IMG/VR virus record: IMGVR_UViG_2974629454_000001
Span: 1-59,118 of that record
Direction: 5' to 3' (one strand)
From: Streptomyces virus LukeCage
Taxonomy: Duplodnaviria; Heunggongvirae; Uroviricota; Caudoviricetes
DNA length: 59,118 nucleotides
The notes under the pieces are model-generated. The model was not told the DNA's origin and did not search any database. It was given only the letters and a program-made list of their open reading frames with translations. The translations under genes were made by a program, and so were the position numbers. Below, one piece after another: positions 32,907 through 43,587 of the stretch. Each line of letters opens with the position of its first letter. Position 1 is the first letter of the stretch.

Positions 32907-33257
32907 TTGGCAACAAGCGTATACACCACAGAGGAGATCCTTCTCCAGGATGGTGAAGAAGTAACTCTTAAGCCTCTGAACATTAAGAACCTTCGCAAGT
33001 TCATGAAGAAGTGGAAGGAACTTGGAGAGGTTAAGGAAGAGGACGACGTAGTAGATTTCATTATTGATGCTGGAAAGATCTGCCTGGCAAGTCTTTACCC
33101 AGAATACGATGATGATGAAAAGTATGAAGAAGCGGTGGACATTCCAACCGTCCACAAGATTATTGAAATCTGCGCAGGAATCAAGCTGAATGACCCGGAA
33201 CTGGAAGCCGCAGCGAGGGCGGCGATGATGACGGCGACGGCGGCTGGGACAAACTAG
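32907..33257 (+). CDS. Tail assembly chaperone (gpG-like)
   Basis: Between the major tail and tape measure genes; TLKPLNI..LRKFM. Confidence 0.75.
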   Translation: MATSVYTTEEILLQDGEEVTLKPLNIKNLRKFMKKWKELGEVKEEDDVVDFIIDAGKICLASLYPEYDDDEKYEEAVDIPTVHKIIEICAGIKLNDPELEAAARAAMMTATAAGTN

Positions 33258-33286
33258 ACCTAGCCAAGCTTGAAGCTGAGCTATTC

Positions 33287-33559
33287 TTGCTCGGTATTTG
33301 GAAGAACTTCGAAGAAATGGAAGAGAATCTAACACTGGCCGAACTTCAATCACTTCTAGAATCTAAAAGAGATCAGGATTTTCAGAAGAACAAGTTCATG
33401 GCGGCCCTAAAGGGAATCGATCTCGAAGACCCTACTGATAGTAAGGCTCCGACGTTTGAGGATATCAAGCGTCGTGCAGAAGCCAAGAATCAGGGGGTCT
33501 CTCCAGAGACCCTTGAATTTGCTGAAATCGGCATTGGAATTCTGGAAGAGGGTGACTGA
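33287..33559 (+). CDS. Tail assembly chaperone second ORF (gpT-like), probably the -1 frameshift extension
   Basis: The -1 frame relative to 32907 is open from about 33192; weak independent start (TTG). Confidence 0.65.
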   Translation: MLGIWKNFEEMEENLTLAELQSLLESKRDQDFQKNKFMAALKGIDLEDPTDSKAPTFEDIKRRAEAKNQGVSPETLEFAEIGIGILEEGD

Positions 33560-36500
33560 CAATAGAGAACATTAACATCCGCTTTACTGGTACTGCGGAC
33601 TTTAGACAGGCCACAGCTCAGGTTGAGGCACTGAATGCTCAGCTTGCTGCTATGCAGGCTCAGCTATCTAGAGCTGCCGTTCCAGCAATTGCGGCTGGAT
33701 TTAGAAACAACGTTCGTAGTCTTGGCAATATGTCTGTCGAGACCATGCGCGTTACCTCCGCATCTGAAATGTACACTAAGGCATTGCAGAAGCAGGATGT
33801 TACTCTTCGTCAGGCACTTAGAAATCGACAGACATTCAATCAGGTTCTCCGTGAGCAGTATGCATTGAGCAGAGCTGCCGCTGTACAGTGGACAACTAAT
33901 TCACGCGGCGGCAGCACTCTCGATCTTATCGTGCCTAGGGACGCTCCAGCACGCCTAGGTAATTTCAGACAAACACTTAGCGCAGTCCGTGCTGGAACAA
34001 TTGCTACAAACGTAGCGCTAGGCGAGATGGCTATCAAGATGGGGCTTGTCAGCCAGGTTGCCAACTCTGCATCAGCCAACATGATCAAGTGGGGTAAGAA
34101 CACCCAGTGGGCTGGTAGACAGCTTATGGTTGGTCTTACCATGCCTGTCCTCGCGGCCGGTGCTGCAATGGGTAAGCTTGCATATGACGTTGAAAAGCAG
34201 ATGACTCGTATTAACAAGGTTTACGACTTCTCTGCCACAAAGGACGAGAATGCAGCAAAGAACATGCAGGAGACTGCATCCCTAAGAGCCAATTCAATGA
34301 GAGCCGCAAAGACTGCTGCGGAGCAGTATGGTGCATCAATGAAGGACACCCTTTCCGTTGAAGCTAATCTAGCTGCGACCGGTGAAAAGGGCAATGAGCT
34401 AATTGGTAAGACGACAGAAGTCATGCGTCTTGCAACTCTTGGTGAAATGGATTACCAGAAGGCTCTGGATACCACCATCACCTTGCAGTCTGTTTATGGG
34501 CAGAACACTAATGATCTAGCCAATTCCTTCAACTACATGAACGCGGTGGAGAATGCAACCTCTCTATCTATTGAAGACTTTTCCAAGGCTATTCCAAAGG
34601 TAGCCGCTCCAATGAAGACCCTAGAAGGAGATCTACAGGACGTAGGTACCCTTCTTGTTGCCATGCGTGCGCGTGGTATTAATGCCGTCGAAGGTGCTAA
34701 CGCTATTAAGGCATCCTTCACCCGAGTTCTAAAGCCTACAAAGCAGGCCAAGGACATGTTTGAGCTTCTTACAAAGCAGTCACTAACAGAGCTTACCGAC
34801 AAGACTAATGGTGAAGTAATCCCAACCTTCGTCGCTCTGAACAAGGCTACTGAAAATCTAAAGGGAAAGAATCGTCAGGCTCTCTTCGCAGCCCTATTCG
34901 GAACCCAGCAGACTACACGACTACAGGCAATTGTTGAGGAGATGGGCAATCTTGAAGATGAAACTACTCAGGTTGGTAAGGCTTACAAGATTGCTGGTCA
35001 GGAACAGCAGGCGTGGGCTGATAGTGCTGCACGAGAGATGGAAGCGCTACAGAAGTCTGCATCTGGACGACTAAAGATTGCCGTTGAAACTCTTAAGGTT
35101 CAGCTTGCCGAAGCCGGAAAGCCATTCCTTGAGGTAGCTGGTTACATTGTTGGCGCAATCACACAGATTGTAAAGGCATTCAATGATCTTCCTGGTCCTG
35201 TAAAGACTTTCGCATCTATCGCAATTATCACTGGTGCTATCGCTGGTCCAATCATTATGCTTGCTGGTCTATTCGGTAACCTTCTTGGACAGGCGCTAAA
35301 GCTCGGTGCCGGAATGCTCGGCCTTGTATTTAGATTTAGAGCCCTATTGCCTGAACAAGTTGCTGCACGTCTTGCATCCATGCAAGCCGGAATGGCAGCA
35401 CAAACTCAGGCTGGACAAGTTGCAGCTCTGACAGCAGTCATTAACGAATTGACCATGGCTCTTACCAGAGCTACTGGTGCTCAGGTTGGATTGAATAATG
35501 CTCAGGCCAGAGGTGGACTGGGAGCGCGTCCTGGCGTTGTTACAGGAGCGCCTATTCCAACAGCTACTCCAACTCCAGCCGCTCCGGGCGTTCAGGGTCC
35601 AATTGTTGCAACTGGTGCAGGATATCGTGACGCAACCGGTAGAACACTAAGCGCAGCCGAAGTTAGAAATTGGCAAGCAGCTCAGGCATCAGCAGCAAGC
35701 ATTAACCAGAACTCTGCTAGAACCAGAAGAAACTGGCAGCAGATGGGAAGCAGCTTCCAGAATGTAGCTATTGCAGCAGGATTCATGGGAGTTATGGCCT
35801 CCGATGCTGACAGCATGATGTACACTGTTTCTCAGATTGCAATTGGTGCAGCTCTAATCGGCCCAATGCTTCTAGGTCCAATCATGAAGTTCGGTGGAGC
35901 CCTAAGAGCTGCCGCTATGCCTGCAATTGCAGCGGTCGGTTCAGCAGCAAGTTCAATGTTTGGTGGAGTTGCTTCACGTGGTGTGACAGCATTCCGATCA
36001 ATTGGTGCTTCAATGGCAGGCCCAATTGCAGCGATGGGTGGTATGTCAGCGATCATGGGAACAATGCTGGCAGCAGCCCTTGCTATCGGTGCAGCCTGGT
36101 ACATCATCAATAAGAACATTGCAGCCTCTCGTAAGGAGCAGGAGAACATTGCTAAGTCTTCCGAGGCGTGGGCAAAGACTCTAGGGTTCACTTACACCGA
36201 GCAACAGAAGATTGTTGCTACGAATTCTGAAAACCTAAAGTCAATGAATGACCGAATGAACGAATTCAAGAAGAACAGCAAGGATGCCTACAATGACATG
36301 CAGAAGTATTATGACTCATCTAAGGCTGAGAAGTGGGCTCGTGCTATTGAAGAGGGAACAAAGGTTCGTCTTCACGGTGGTACTGTAAGCGCGGCGCAGG
36401 AAGCTACCAGAGTAGCCCTTGCCATTATGGGTGAGAAGTTCTCCAATGCCGAATTCGAATCACAGCTAAAGGTCAAGATTGACTTTGAGGATGTCGAAGA

Positions 36501-39500
36501 CGTTGTAAAGAAGCGTCTACAGGATGCTGCAACAGACTTCTCCGATGCTGCAAATCTAAAGTTCGACCAGTCAGGCTCCGAGAGCTTCGCAAGATTCTTT
36601 GCTAATCCTTCTACTATTCAGCAGAAGGCCGGTGAGCAGGTAAGGCAGAATGCTAAGGATCTATGGGACATCTACGACAACACTCAGGATGCCGAGAAGA
36701 AGAAGGTCTTTGACAAGATCAATGAAACCGTGAACAGCGAATCACTAAGCCTATTCAAGAAGTACAAGGAAAAGTATTCCAAGGACTTCAAGAAGATGGG
36801 AATTGAGACATTTGCTGACTGGACCGAATACCTACAGAAGAACGCAAAGGATGGAATTGCGGACTACGAGATGGGTAAGCTTGGTATGTCCGAAGCTGAA
36901 ATTCACCGCACGCAGCGCGCCCTTGATGCAATGAGAGGATTCAACAAGGAATTCGCAGACATGCAGGGCATTCCAAAGGGTAAGGCGACCGATCAGTTCG
37001 GTGATCTTGCCGAGTACATGCCAGAATTGCAGAAGATGGAAAAGCAGCTATGGTCTGTAAAGCAGGCTGAGGATGGATACTACTCTTCTCTTCGTGAGCG
37101 CTCTAGGGCCGGTGTCGAAACAAGCGACGCCGAAAGACTCAATATCATGAACATGTACCGAAGAATGGCAGGTCTAGAAGATGCAACCAGACTAGAAGAC
37201 GGATTCAAGAAGTCTCTGGATAAGTCAACTGTCTCTCTTGGAGAGAACATGGACGCGTGGGAAGCAAACTCTGACAATGTTGACCAGTTTGTCAGTGCTT
37301 ACAAGGATGTCTTCTCTAACACCCAGGATGAGATGCTAGGCCAGGCTGAGGAATTGATGAATCAGCAGATGGAGAATGAGATCGATGGCATTAACCGTAA
37401 TGCTGAGGCACGCTCCAAGGCCCTTGATGACGCACAGGAGAGAGCAGACGACAGGTTCGACGCACGTCAGGAAAGAACCGAAAAGCGATTCGAAGCCAAG
37501 CAGGAAGCCCTTGACAAGAAGTACGAGAAGAAGCAGAAGACGTTTGACAACAGGTGGGAATCCATCATGGAGAACCACGACAAGAAGTGGGACAAGCGTA
37601 CTGACCAGACCAACAAGTATTATGACGCACGAATCAAGAAGATTCAGGATGCTATCAAGGCTGAGGAAGAGGCCGAAGCAACCCGTCAGAAGATCTTCGA
37701 GGCTGAGAAGACTCGTATTCAGCGCGCTGCCGAAATGGCAAACATGGGCATTGACTTCAACGTTGCCATCAATTCTGGTAACCTAGATGAGGCTGCAAAG
37801 ATTGGTAACAACATGCAGGCCAATCTCGACAGTTGGGCAACAGAAGACGCCTCAGCAGCAAGCCAGTCCGCTTCCGATAAGAAGGTAGAGGGACTTAACA
37901 AGCAGGTCACCTCTCTTGAGGCTGAAAGGGATCGTCGTCTCAAGGTTATCGAGCAGATGGAAGAGGCTGAAAAGAAGCAGCTAGAAAAGCGTAAGGAGCG
38001 TGAGCAGGAAGCTCTTAACGCTCAGCGCGAGGCTGCCAACAAGTCATTGCAGATTGCCCGTGAGCGTGCAAACAAGCAGATCCAGATTGAGCGTGAAGCA
38101 TACAACAAGATGATTCAGGCTCAGCGTGAAGCATTGCAGAAGGAGACGCAGGACAAGATCAAGTCAACGCAGAGAAAGTACGAAGCTGCAAAGCGTGCTA
38201 TTGAACTTGAGCTTGCAACTCTAAAGGCATTTGTTCCACGTAACAAGAAGGAGCTTGACGAGCACATCAAGAAGGTTGAAGCCGCATACAAGAAGTACGG
38301 AGTGAACCTAAAGGATAAGGGCGATGACTGGAGCAAGTACATCAAGGACAGTCTAAACAAGAACATCAAGACTGCCGCATCCAATCTAAAGAACACAATT
38401 GCGTGGGACAAGATTGGTAAGTCTGTTGCCAACGAAATCACTGAGGGTGCATTCGGTCTAACCATTGGACAGTTCTCCACATGGGTATCTAAGGGTACCC
38501 TTCCTAAGTCTGGCCTTAATGAGAAGTCTGGAAAGAACAAGTCTCTAGACTCTCACCACGAGGGTGGTCTTATTGGAGGAAAGGCCGGTGGATCTGGTAG
38601 AACTGGTTACTCTGGTGGTCGTGCACATTCTGAGATTGATATTCGTGCCAAGAAGGGTGAATTCATGATGAAGGATAAGGCTGTACGTAAGTACGGTACC
38701 GACTTCATGGAAAACCTTAACAATGGTCGAGTAGAGCCAGGAATTGGTGGAGCTGGTGAAGGAATGGGTCTAGCAGGTGTTCTTGGTGCTGGTATGGCAG
38801 GAATGATGCAGGCTATTATCCAGGAAGGTATTCAGACTGGTGCAGAACAGGCTTTGATGCTCGGAATGGATGGAACTGCTATTGCTGGTTCAGCAGGTAC
38901 TTATGGTGGAATTGGACTTAATGCAACTCAGATGCAGAACGCAGCCACCATCATTGGTACTGGTAAGGGACTAGGAGCTAGCCAGCGAGACCTTATTATT
39001 GCAATTATGACTGCTATGCAGGAGTCCACACTTCGTAACCTAAATTACGGTGACCGTGACTCCCTTGGTCTATTCCAGCAGCGTGCCGCATGGGGTTCTG
39101 CTAAGGCTCGTACAACTCCATCAGAAGCAACAAGAATGTTCTTCCACGGTGGTGCTCAGGGACAGAGAGGTCTATTCGACTTCCCTAACAGGGACAAGAT
39201 GTCTCTTGCGCAGGCTGCACAGGCAGTTCAGGTTTCAGCATTCCCAAGCGCTTATGCAAAGTGGGAAGATATGGCCCGAGCTGTTGTTGCTGCGACAACA
39301 TTCCAGGCATTGGCAGGAAATTCTGGATTCAGAAGACCAATCAATGCTCCAGTTTCAAGACCATATTCACAGCACACCAACCTTCCACGAGCAACTGACT
39401 TTGCGACTCCAACGGGAACTCCAGTTGTCTCCGCAATGGGTGGTACTGTAACAACATCTTCCGACCTTCATGGAAGTGGAAATGGTGGATACCGTTCATA

Positions 39501-39960
39501 TGGTAGATACATTGTTGTTGGAAATGGAATGGACAGAACACTTTATGCTCACCTTAGCAGAAGAAGTGCAAGCGTTGGTCAGCAGGTTCGTCCAGGACAG
39601 CTAATTGGTTACTCTGGTAACACTGGTAATTCAACTGGTCCTCACCTTCACTTCGAGACATGGAGAAATGGTCAGACAATTCCACCTGGCGCATTTGGTA
39701 TTCCAGGTCTTCTAACTGGTGGAAAGGTTAAGTACGACAACACAATTGCCAACCTTCACAAGAACGAGGCAGTTCTAACCGCTCCACTAACAGCTAAGCT
39801 GGAGAATGGAATTGACAGAATTGACTCTGGAGGCGGGAACACTTACAATTTCAATATCAATGCCGAAGCAATCAACACTGAGATTGATTTTGAAAAGGTT
39901 ATCGCAAAGGCACTCAACAAGATCGAGAGCAATAGAGGAAGGAGCAGAGTAGTCAAGTGA
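33556..39960 (+). CDS. Tape measure protein with C-terminal lytic transglycosylase-like and M23 peptidase domains
   Basis: Over 2100 aa, Ala-rich helical; AMQES..GLFQQ motif and YGRY..TLYAHLS..GNTGNSTGPHLHFE; frame open from CTG 33556, first ATG at 33652. Confidence 0.93.
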   Translation: MTIENINIRFTGTADFRQATAQVEALNAQLAAMQAQLSRAAVPAIAAGFRNNVRSLGNMSVETMRVTSASEMYTKALQKQDVTLRQALRNRQTFNQVLREQYALSRAAAVQWTTNSRGGSTLDLIVPRDAPARLGNFRQTLSAVRAGTIATNVALGEMAIKMGLVSQVANSASANMIKWGKNTQWAGRQLMVGLTMPVLAAGAAMGKLAYDVEKQMTRINKVYDFSATKDENAAKNMQETASLRANSMRAAKTAAEQYGASMKDTLSVEANLAATGEKGNELIGKTTEVMRLATLGEMDYQKALDTTITLQSVYGQNTNDLANSFNYMNAVENATSLSIEDFSKAIPKVAAPMKTLEGDLQDVGTLLVAMRARGINAVEGANAIKASFTRVLKPTKQAKDMFELLTKQSLTELTDKTNGEVIPTFVALNKATENLKGKNRQALFAALFGTQQTTRLQAIVEEMGNLEDETTQVGKAYKIAGQEQQAWADSAAREMEALQKSASGRLKIAVETLKVQLAEAGKPFLEVAGYIVGAITQIVKAFNDLPGPVKTFASIAIITGAIAGPIIMLAGLFGNLLGQALKLGAGMLGLVFRFRALLPEQVAARLASMQAGMAAQTQAGQVAALTAVINELTMALTRATGAQVGLNNAQARGGLGARPGVVTGAPIPTATPTPAAPGVQGPIVATGAGYRDATGRTLSAAEVRNWQAAQASAASINQNSARTRRNWQQMGSSFQNVAIAAGFMGVMASDADSMMYTVSQIAIGAALIGPMLLGPIMKFGGALRAAAMPAIAAVGSAASSMFGGVASRGVTAFRSIGASMAGPIAAMGGMSAIMGTMLAAALAIGAAWYIINKNIAASRKEQENIAKSSEAWAKTLGFTYTEQQKIVATNSENLKSMNDRMNEFKKNSKDAYNDMQKYYDSSKAEKWARAIEEGTKVRLHGGTVSAAQEATRVALAIMGEKFSNAEFESQLKVKIDFEDVEDVVKKRLQDAATDFSDAANLKFDQSGSESFARFFANPSTIQQKAGEQVRQNAKDLWDIYDNTQDAEKKKVFDKINETVNSESLSLFKKYKEKYSKDFKKMGIETFADWTEYLQKNAKDGIADYEMGKLGMSEAEIHRTQRALDAMRGFNKEFADMQGIPKGKATDQFGDLAEYMPELQKMEKQLWSVKQAEDGYYSSLRERSRAGVETSDAERLNIMNMYRRMAGLEDATRLEDGFKKSLDKSTVSLGENMDAWEANSDNVDQFVSAYKDVFSNTQDEMLGQAEELMNQQMENEIDGINRNAEARSKALDDAQERADDRFDARQERTEKRFEAKQEALDKKYEKKQKTFDNRWESIMENHDKKWDKRTDQTNKYYDARIKKIQDAIKAEEEAEATRQKIFEAEKTRIQRAAEMANMGIDFNVAINSGNLDEAAKIGNNMQANLDSWATEDASAASQSASDKKVEGLNKQVTSLEAERDRRLKVIEQMEEAEKKQLEKRKEREQEALNAQREAANKSLQIARERANKQIQIEREAYNKMIQAQREALQKETQDKIKSTQRKYEAAKRAIELELATLKAFVPRNKKELDEHIKKVEAAYKKYGVNLKDKGDDWSKYIKDSLNKNIKTAASNLKNTIAWDKIGKSVANEITEGAFGLTIGQFSTWVSKGTLPKSGLNEKSGKNKSLDSHHEGGLIGGKAGGSGRTGYSGGRAHSEIDIRAKKGEFMMKDKAVRKYGTDFMENLNNGRVEPGIGGAGEGMGLAGVLGAGMAGMMQAIIQEGIQTGAEQALMLGMDGTAIAGSAGTYGGIGLNATQMQNAATIIGTGKGLGASQRDLIIAIMTAMQESTLRNLNYGDRDSLGLFQQRAAWGSAKARTTPSEATRMFFHGGAQGQRGLFDFPNRDKMSLAQAAQAVQVSAFPSAYAKWEDMARAVVAATTFQALAGNSGFRRPINAPVSRPYSQHTNLPRATDFATPTGTPVVSAMGGTVTTSSDLHGSGNGGYRSYGRYIVVGNGMDRTLYAHLSRRSASVGQQVRPGQLIGYSGNTGNSTGPHLHFETWRNGQTIPPGAFGIPGLLTGGKVKYDNTIANLHKNEAVLTAPLTAKLENGIDRIDSGGGNTYNFNINAEAINTEIDFEKVIAKALNKIESNRGRSRVVK

Positions 39961-40352
39961 TTCTACCAAAGCCAAGACTGATGAGATGGGCTAACAATGC
40001 TGTCACAGACCACAACCGTGGTGAACTATCAGTTGACGTTGAACGAATTGAAAAGAAGCAGCGTATGGTCAATGGTACGCTAAGAAAGTACATTGTCGCA
40101 GACAAGCGAACATTTAGCGTGTCATGGCAGAATCTTCCGCACTCTGCCGCTTTCACAGTTGATGGCTACTGGGGAGCTAATGAAATTGAAAACTTCTATG
40201 ACAGCAACCCAGGAGCCTTTAACCTTGAATTGAGTTATGGAGACGGAACAGTAGAAACATATTCAGTTATGTTTTCCGACTTCAATGCCTCACTCGTTAA
40301 AAGAGGATCTTACGACATGTGGGAAGTATCAGTAACTATGGAGCAAGTATAA
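39957..40352 (+). CDS. Distal tail-like minor tail protein
   Basis: Follows the tape measure; KRTFSVSW.NLP. Confidence 0.7.
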   Translation: MILPKPRLMRWANNAVTDHNRGELSVDVERIEKKQRMVNGTLRKYIVADKRTFSVSWQNLPHSAAFTVDGYWGANEIENFYDSNPGAFNLELSYGDGTVETYSVMFSDFNASLVKRGSYDMWEVSVTMEQV

Positions 40353-40353
40353 T

Positions 40354-43300
40354 ATGCAAACAACGACATTCTATGTAAACAAGCTACTAAAGGAAGGGCT
40401 TGCCGTAACGGCCAAGCCTCTACTTATTGCTGAGTGGAATCATAATCGATATGCTGGCATCCAGACAATTGACAATACTCCCGCAGAATACGACGAAGGT
40501 AATGACACTGAATACTACCCAATCGAATCTATTGTTGATCCTCTTCGTCCTTCCAAGAAGGGAATTGCCAAGGCGCGTGCGAGTGTAGAGGGATTTGTTA
40601 CAGAATACACAGACAGACCAGCGGACAAGCGATTCTATATTGCTGACTATGATGATATCTACAAGTATTGGTCAAGCCCGGTGGCAAGCAGCCTCATTGG
40701 TGGTCTTAATGGATTTACCAAGACAGTGCAGCCATATGTAATCTATAAGACTTCATCATGGACCAACAAGCTGTATTTCCTCTTTGAGACCTCCGCAGGA
40801 TGCTGGCCAGTAGACTACGATATCCAGATTACAACAAATGGAACAACCTGGACAACTGTCGCTAGTGACATTATCGCCAATTCAGATGGACAGGTAACGA
40901 TCTATCGACAGGCGAACGGAACATGGGGAACGACTGTTTACCGAGAAAACCCTATTCAGATTAAGGGCGTCCGTCTCATGGTCAACACTGTATCTGCTCT
41001 AAAGAAGTATCTGGAAATCATTGAGATGTCTGCCAGACTTGAAGTTGATCTAACCGACACTCTTATGAGTGCTGATTACAATTTCACCATGTCTGACACC
41101 AGCTTCTTGACTCCTCTAGGAAATGCATCTTCAAATACAGCATCAGTCGAGTTGTCAAACATTGATGGTAGATACAACAACACAAATACAGAATCAATGT
41201 TTTATGGTCTAATCGACAAGAATGTCAAGATGACATACAGTCTGGGGATTGATCAGACACCGGCCGGTGGAAGTGGATTCAGCTACATTAGACAATTCAC
41301 TATGTATGTAGATAACTGGCAGGGACAAGGTCAGGAAAGCTGCAACGTACAGCTCAAGGATGCGTCCAAGTTCATGCAGGAGATTAAGCCTCCAAAGATG
41401 TTCTTCGAGCAGATGACTCTTGGTCGAATTGTATGGCAGCTCTGTGATGTTATTGGATTCACCGATTACAAGTATGAAAAGATCGATGATGATAAGGCAA
41501 CGCTGGTTCCTTACTTCTGGACTGATGGAGAAAAGAGCATTTGGGAGATCTTCTCCAGCCTTGCTGTGACAACTCAGAGTGCAATCTATTTTGATGAATT
41601 TGGAATCTTGCAAATCCTCACCAGAGATCGAGCTTACAATATTGGAAACCCAATCGCTTGGCAGCTTGATGGAGTAAAGGATGGAACCAAGGAGCCTGAT
41701 CTTGTTGACCTTTCTCAGTCATATGATTACGAGGCAAACAATGTAACAGTTCGATACAGCAAGACAAGCATTTCTGATATGGTTCGCAGAATTCCAAAGA
41801 TGGATGTTGTGTGGCAGCCAGAAGGAGATGTTGTTCTTCGAAGTAGCCAGCTAAGAGAAAGCATGAACTCCACACAGGACTTCATCCGTATGACGGGGTC
41901 TGAGGCGGCTGTGTGGCCGTATCAGGGCATTGTAGAAATCGAAGGTGAGCTGATGCGTTACGGAACAAAGGGCTATTGGTATTACAACAAGTCTGGGGTT
42001 CTGACATTCAAGGCTCTCAAGAATGCTGATGAAAAGAAGCAGGTCGATGAGGAACTGAGTTCTCCATTCCTTTCTTACAAGAACTATTTCTCTGGGTGGT
42101 ATGGCGACGTTGAACGAGGTCTTTGGAACACTTATCCAGCCGCTCACAGAAATGACGCGGCGGGGTATAGAGTCCGAGTAGCCAGTTACAATGGAAGCTA
42201 TAAGTCATGGACTGGAGGATTCGTTCACAATAAGGATCAGTCAACCATCAGCTTGAAGGCCACAACGAAGACAAACGTCAACACATGTTACGTGGCTTCT
42301 CGTGGTAGCGAACCAGATAAGAGTATTTGGTATGTGGGAACCAGAGTCAGATTCCGCGATTCAGGATACAAGCATGGAATGGCAGGAATTGCTTTCAATC
42401 TGGGAACAGAGGACAAGGGCTACTACCTTGAGCTTTGTCGAACTGACAGACTTCCTGGTGGACGAAAGTATCAGAATGAATGCAACTTCTACATCAGAAG
42501 AACTTCTGGAAAGCTGGAACGATTTGGTCCAGATAAGGGAAAGGGAGTGGCTATGGCTATTTCCAAGAATGTATGGTATGACATTGACATCGCCATCCGA
42601 ATGGAGAATGGTGTTTATGGAGATCCCGGAGCCTTTGTTGGTCACGTAATTCAGGTGAGCATTAATGGTATCCCAACCATGACATTCACAATTCCTGTAT
42701 CAAAGAAGGAGCCTCTTACTGGACGATTTGGTGTATTCACTCGTGGAAGCACTCATGCTGATTTCGAATATCTGTACGGAAACGGAACAACTGAGGATCT
42801 ACACATCGATACCACTGCAATGTTTGACAGAATTCGCGGTGGAATCGTAAGCAGCCAGGCTGACTCCGAATGGCTTTACAAGTGGCATTACACAAGTCAC
42901 ATTGTGAAGAAAAGGAAGAAGTGGTTGTGGGCAAGATATGCTCAGAGGTTCTTTGACGACTTTGGTCCTATCGGTCACGAGGTGAGAGAGTTCGATGTTC
43001 AGTTTGATAAGTTCCCTGCTGTTCACTCAAACTTGTACTTCTCAAACACAAGTCAGGTGATCAATCCGGAATACACTGCTGATCCATTTGGAGCTAAGTT
43101 CTTGCTATCAAATGCTTACAGATCAAACGCGGTGATTAATGGTGAGGATACTCTTACCTTCGGAGCCGATAATCCTGTGACGCAGCAAATGATGATTTAT
43201 GGAAGAACTGTCAACAAGGAAGAGGAGAAGACGATTGTTTCAAAGAACGAAGATGCAATTCGTCGTCGTGGACTTGTTGAAACAGAGATTCAGTCAGATT

Positions 43301-43551
43301 GGATTCAGACTGAGGCCGCCGCACAGGCTCTCGCAGATTGGATTACTCATCATTGGGCAGATGGATGCGATGAGGTGGAAGCTACGATCTTTGGTAACCC
43401 ATTGATTCAGCTTGGAGACATCGTATCAATCAATTACCCACAAAAGGATTTCGATCCTGTGACACATAGGTACTTTGTTGTCGGAATTCGAAGAGGCTTT
43501 AGTGGCGGATTCGATGACACAGAGCTTACCTTGCGACGCGTCAAGGCTTAA
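40354..43551 (+). CDS. Minor tail / baseplate hub protein
   Basis: 1065 aa; IYFDE.G.L, G.PLIQLGDIV. Confidence 0.75.
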   Translation: MQTTTFYVNKLLKEGLAVTAKPLLIAEWNHNRYAGIQTIDNTPAEYDEGNDTEYYPIESIVDPLRPSKKGIAKARASVEGFVTEYTDRPADKRFYIADYDDIYKYWSSPVASSLIGGLNGFTKTVQPYVIYKTSSWTNKLYFLFETSAGCWPVDYDIQITTNGTTWTTVASDIIANSDGQVTIYRQANGTWGTTVYRENPIQIKGVRLMVNTVSALKKYLEIIEMSARLEVDLTDTLMSADYNFTMSDTSFLTPLGNASSNTASVELSNIDGRYNNTNTESMFYGLIDKNVKMTYSLGIDQTPAGGSGFSYIRQFTMYVDNWQGQGQESCNVQLKDASKFMQEIKPPKMFFEQMTLGRIVWQLCDVIGFTDYKYEKIDDDKATLVPYFWTDGEKSIWEIFSSLAVTTQSAIYFDEFGILQILTRDRAYNIGNPIAWQLDGVKDGTKEPDLVDLSQSYDYEANNVTVRYSKTSISDMVRRIPKMDVVWQPEGDVVLRSSQLRESMNSTQDFIRMTGSEAAVWPYQGIVEIEGELMRYGTKGYWYYNKSGVLTFKALKNADEKKQVDEELSSPFLSYKNYFSGWYGDVERGLWNTYPAAHRNDAAGYRVRVASYNGSYKSWTGGFVHNKDQSTISLKATTKTNVNTCYVASRGSEPDKSIWYVGTRVRFRDSGYKHGMAGIAFNLGTEDKGYYLELCRTDRLPGGRKYQNECNFYIRRTSGKLERFGPDKGKGVAMAISKNVWYDIDIAIRMENGVYGDPGAFVGHVIQVSINGIPTMTFTIPVSKKEPLTGRFGVFTRGSTHADFEYLYGNGTTEDLHIDTTAMFDRIRGGIVSSQADSEWLYKWHYTSHIVKKRKKWLWARYAQRFFDDFGPIGHEVREFDVQFDKFPAVHSNLYFSNTSQVINPEYTADPFGAKFLLSNAYRSNAVINGEDTLTFGADNPVTQQMMIYGRTVNKEEEKTIVSKNEDAIRRRGLVETEIQSDWIQTEAAAQALADWITHHWADGCDEVEATIFGNPLIQLGDIVSINYPQKDFDPVTHRYFVVGIRRGFSGGFDDTELTLRRVKA

Positions 43552-43587
43552 TTTTGCTTTGAGTAACAGCTCAGATATAATTGCTTC

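Noticed and set aside
33652-39960. Many short antisense ORFs within the tape measure, hub and fibre genes
   Set aside because: Expected from codon bias; none has an RBS, promoter or recognisable domain.
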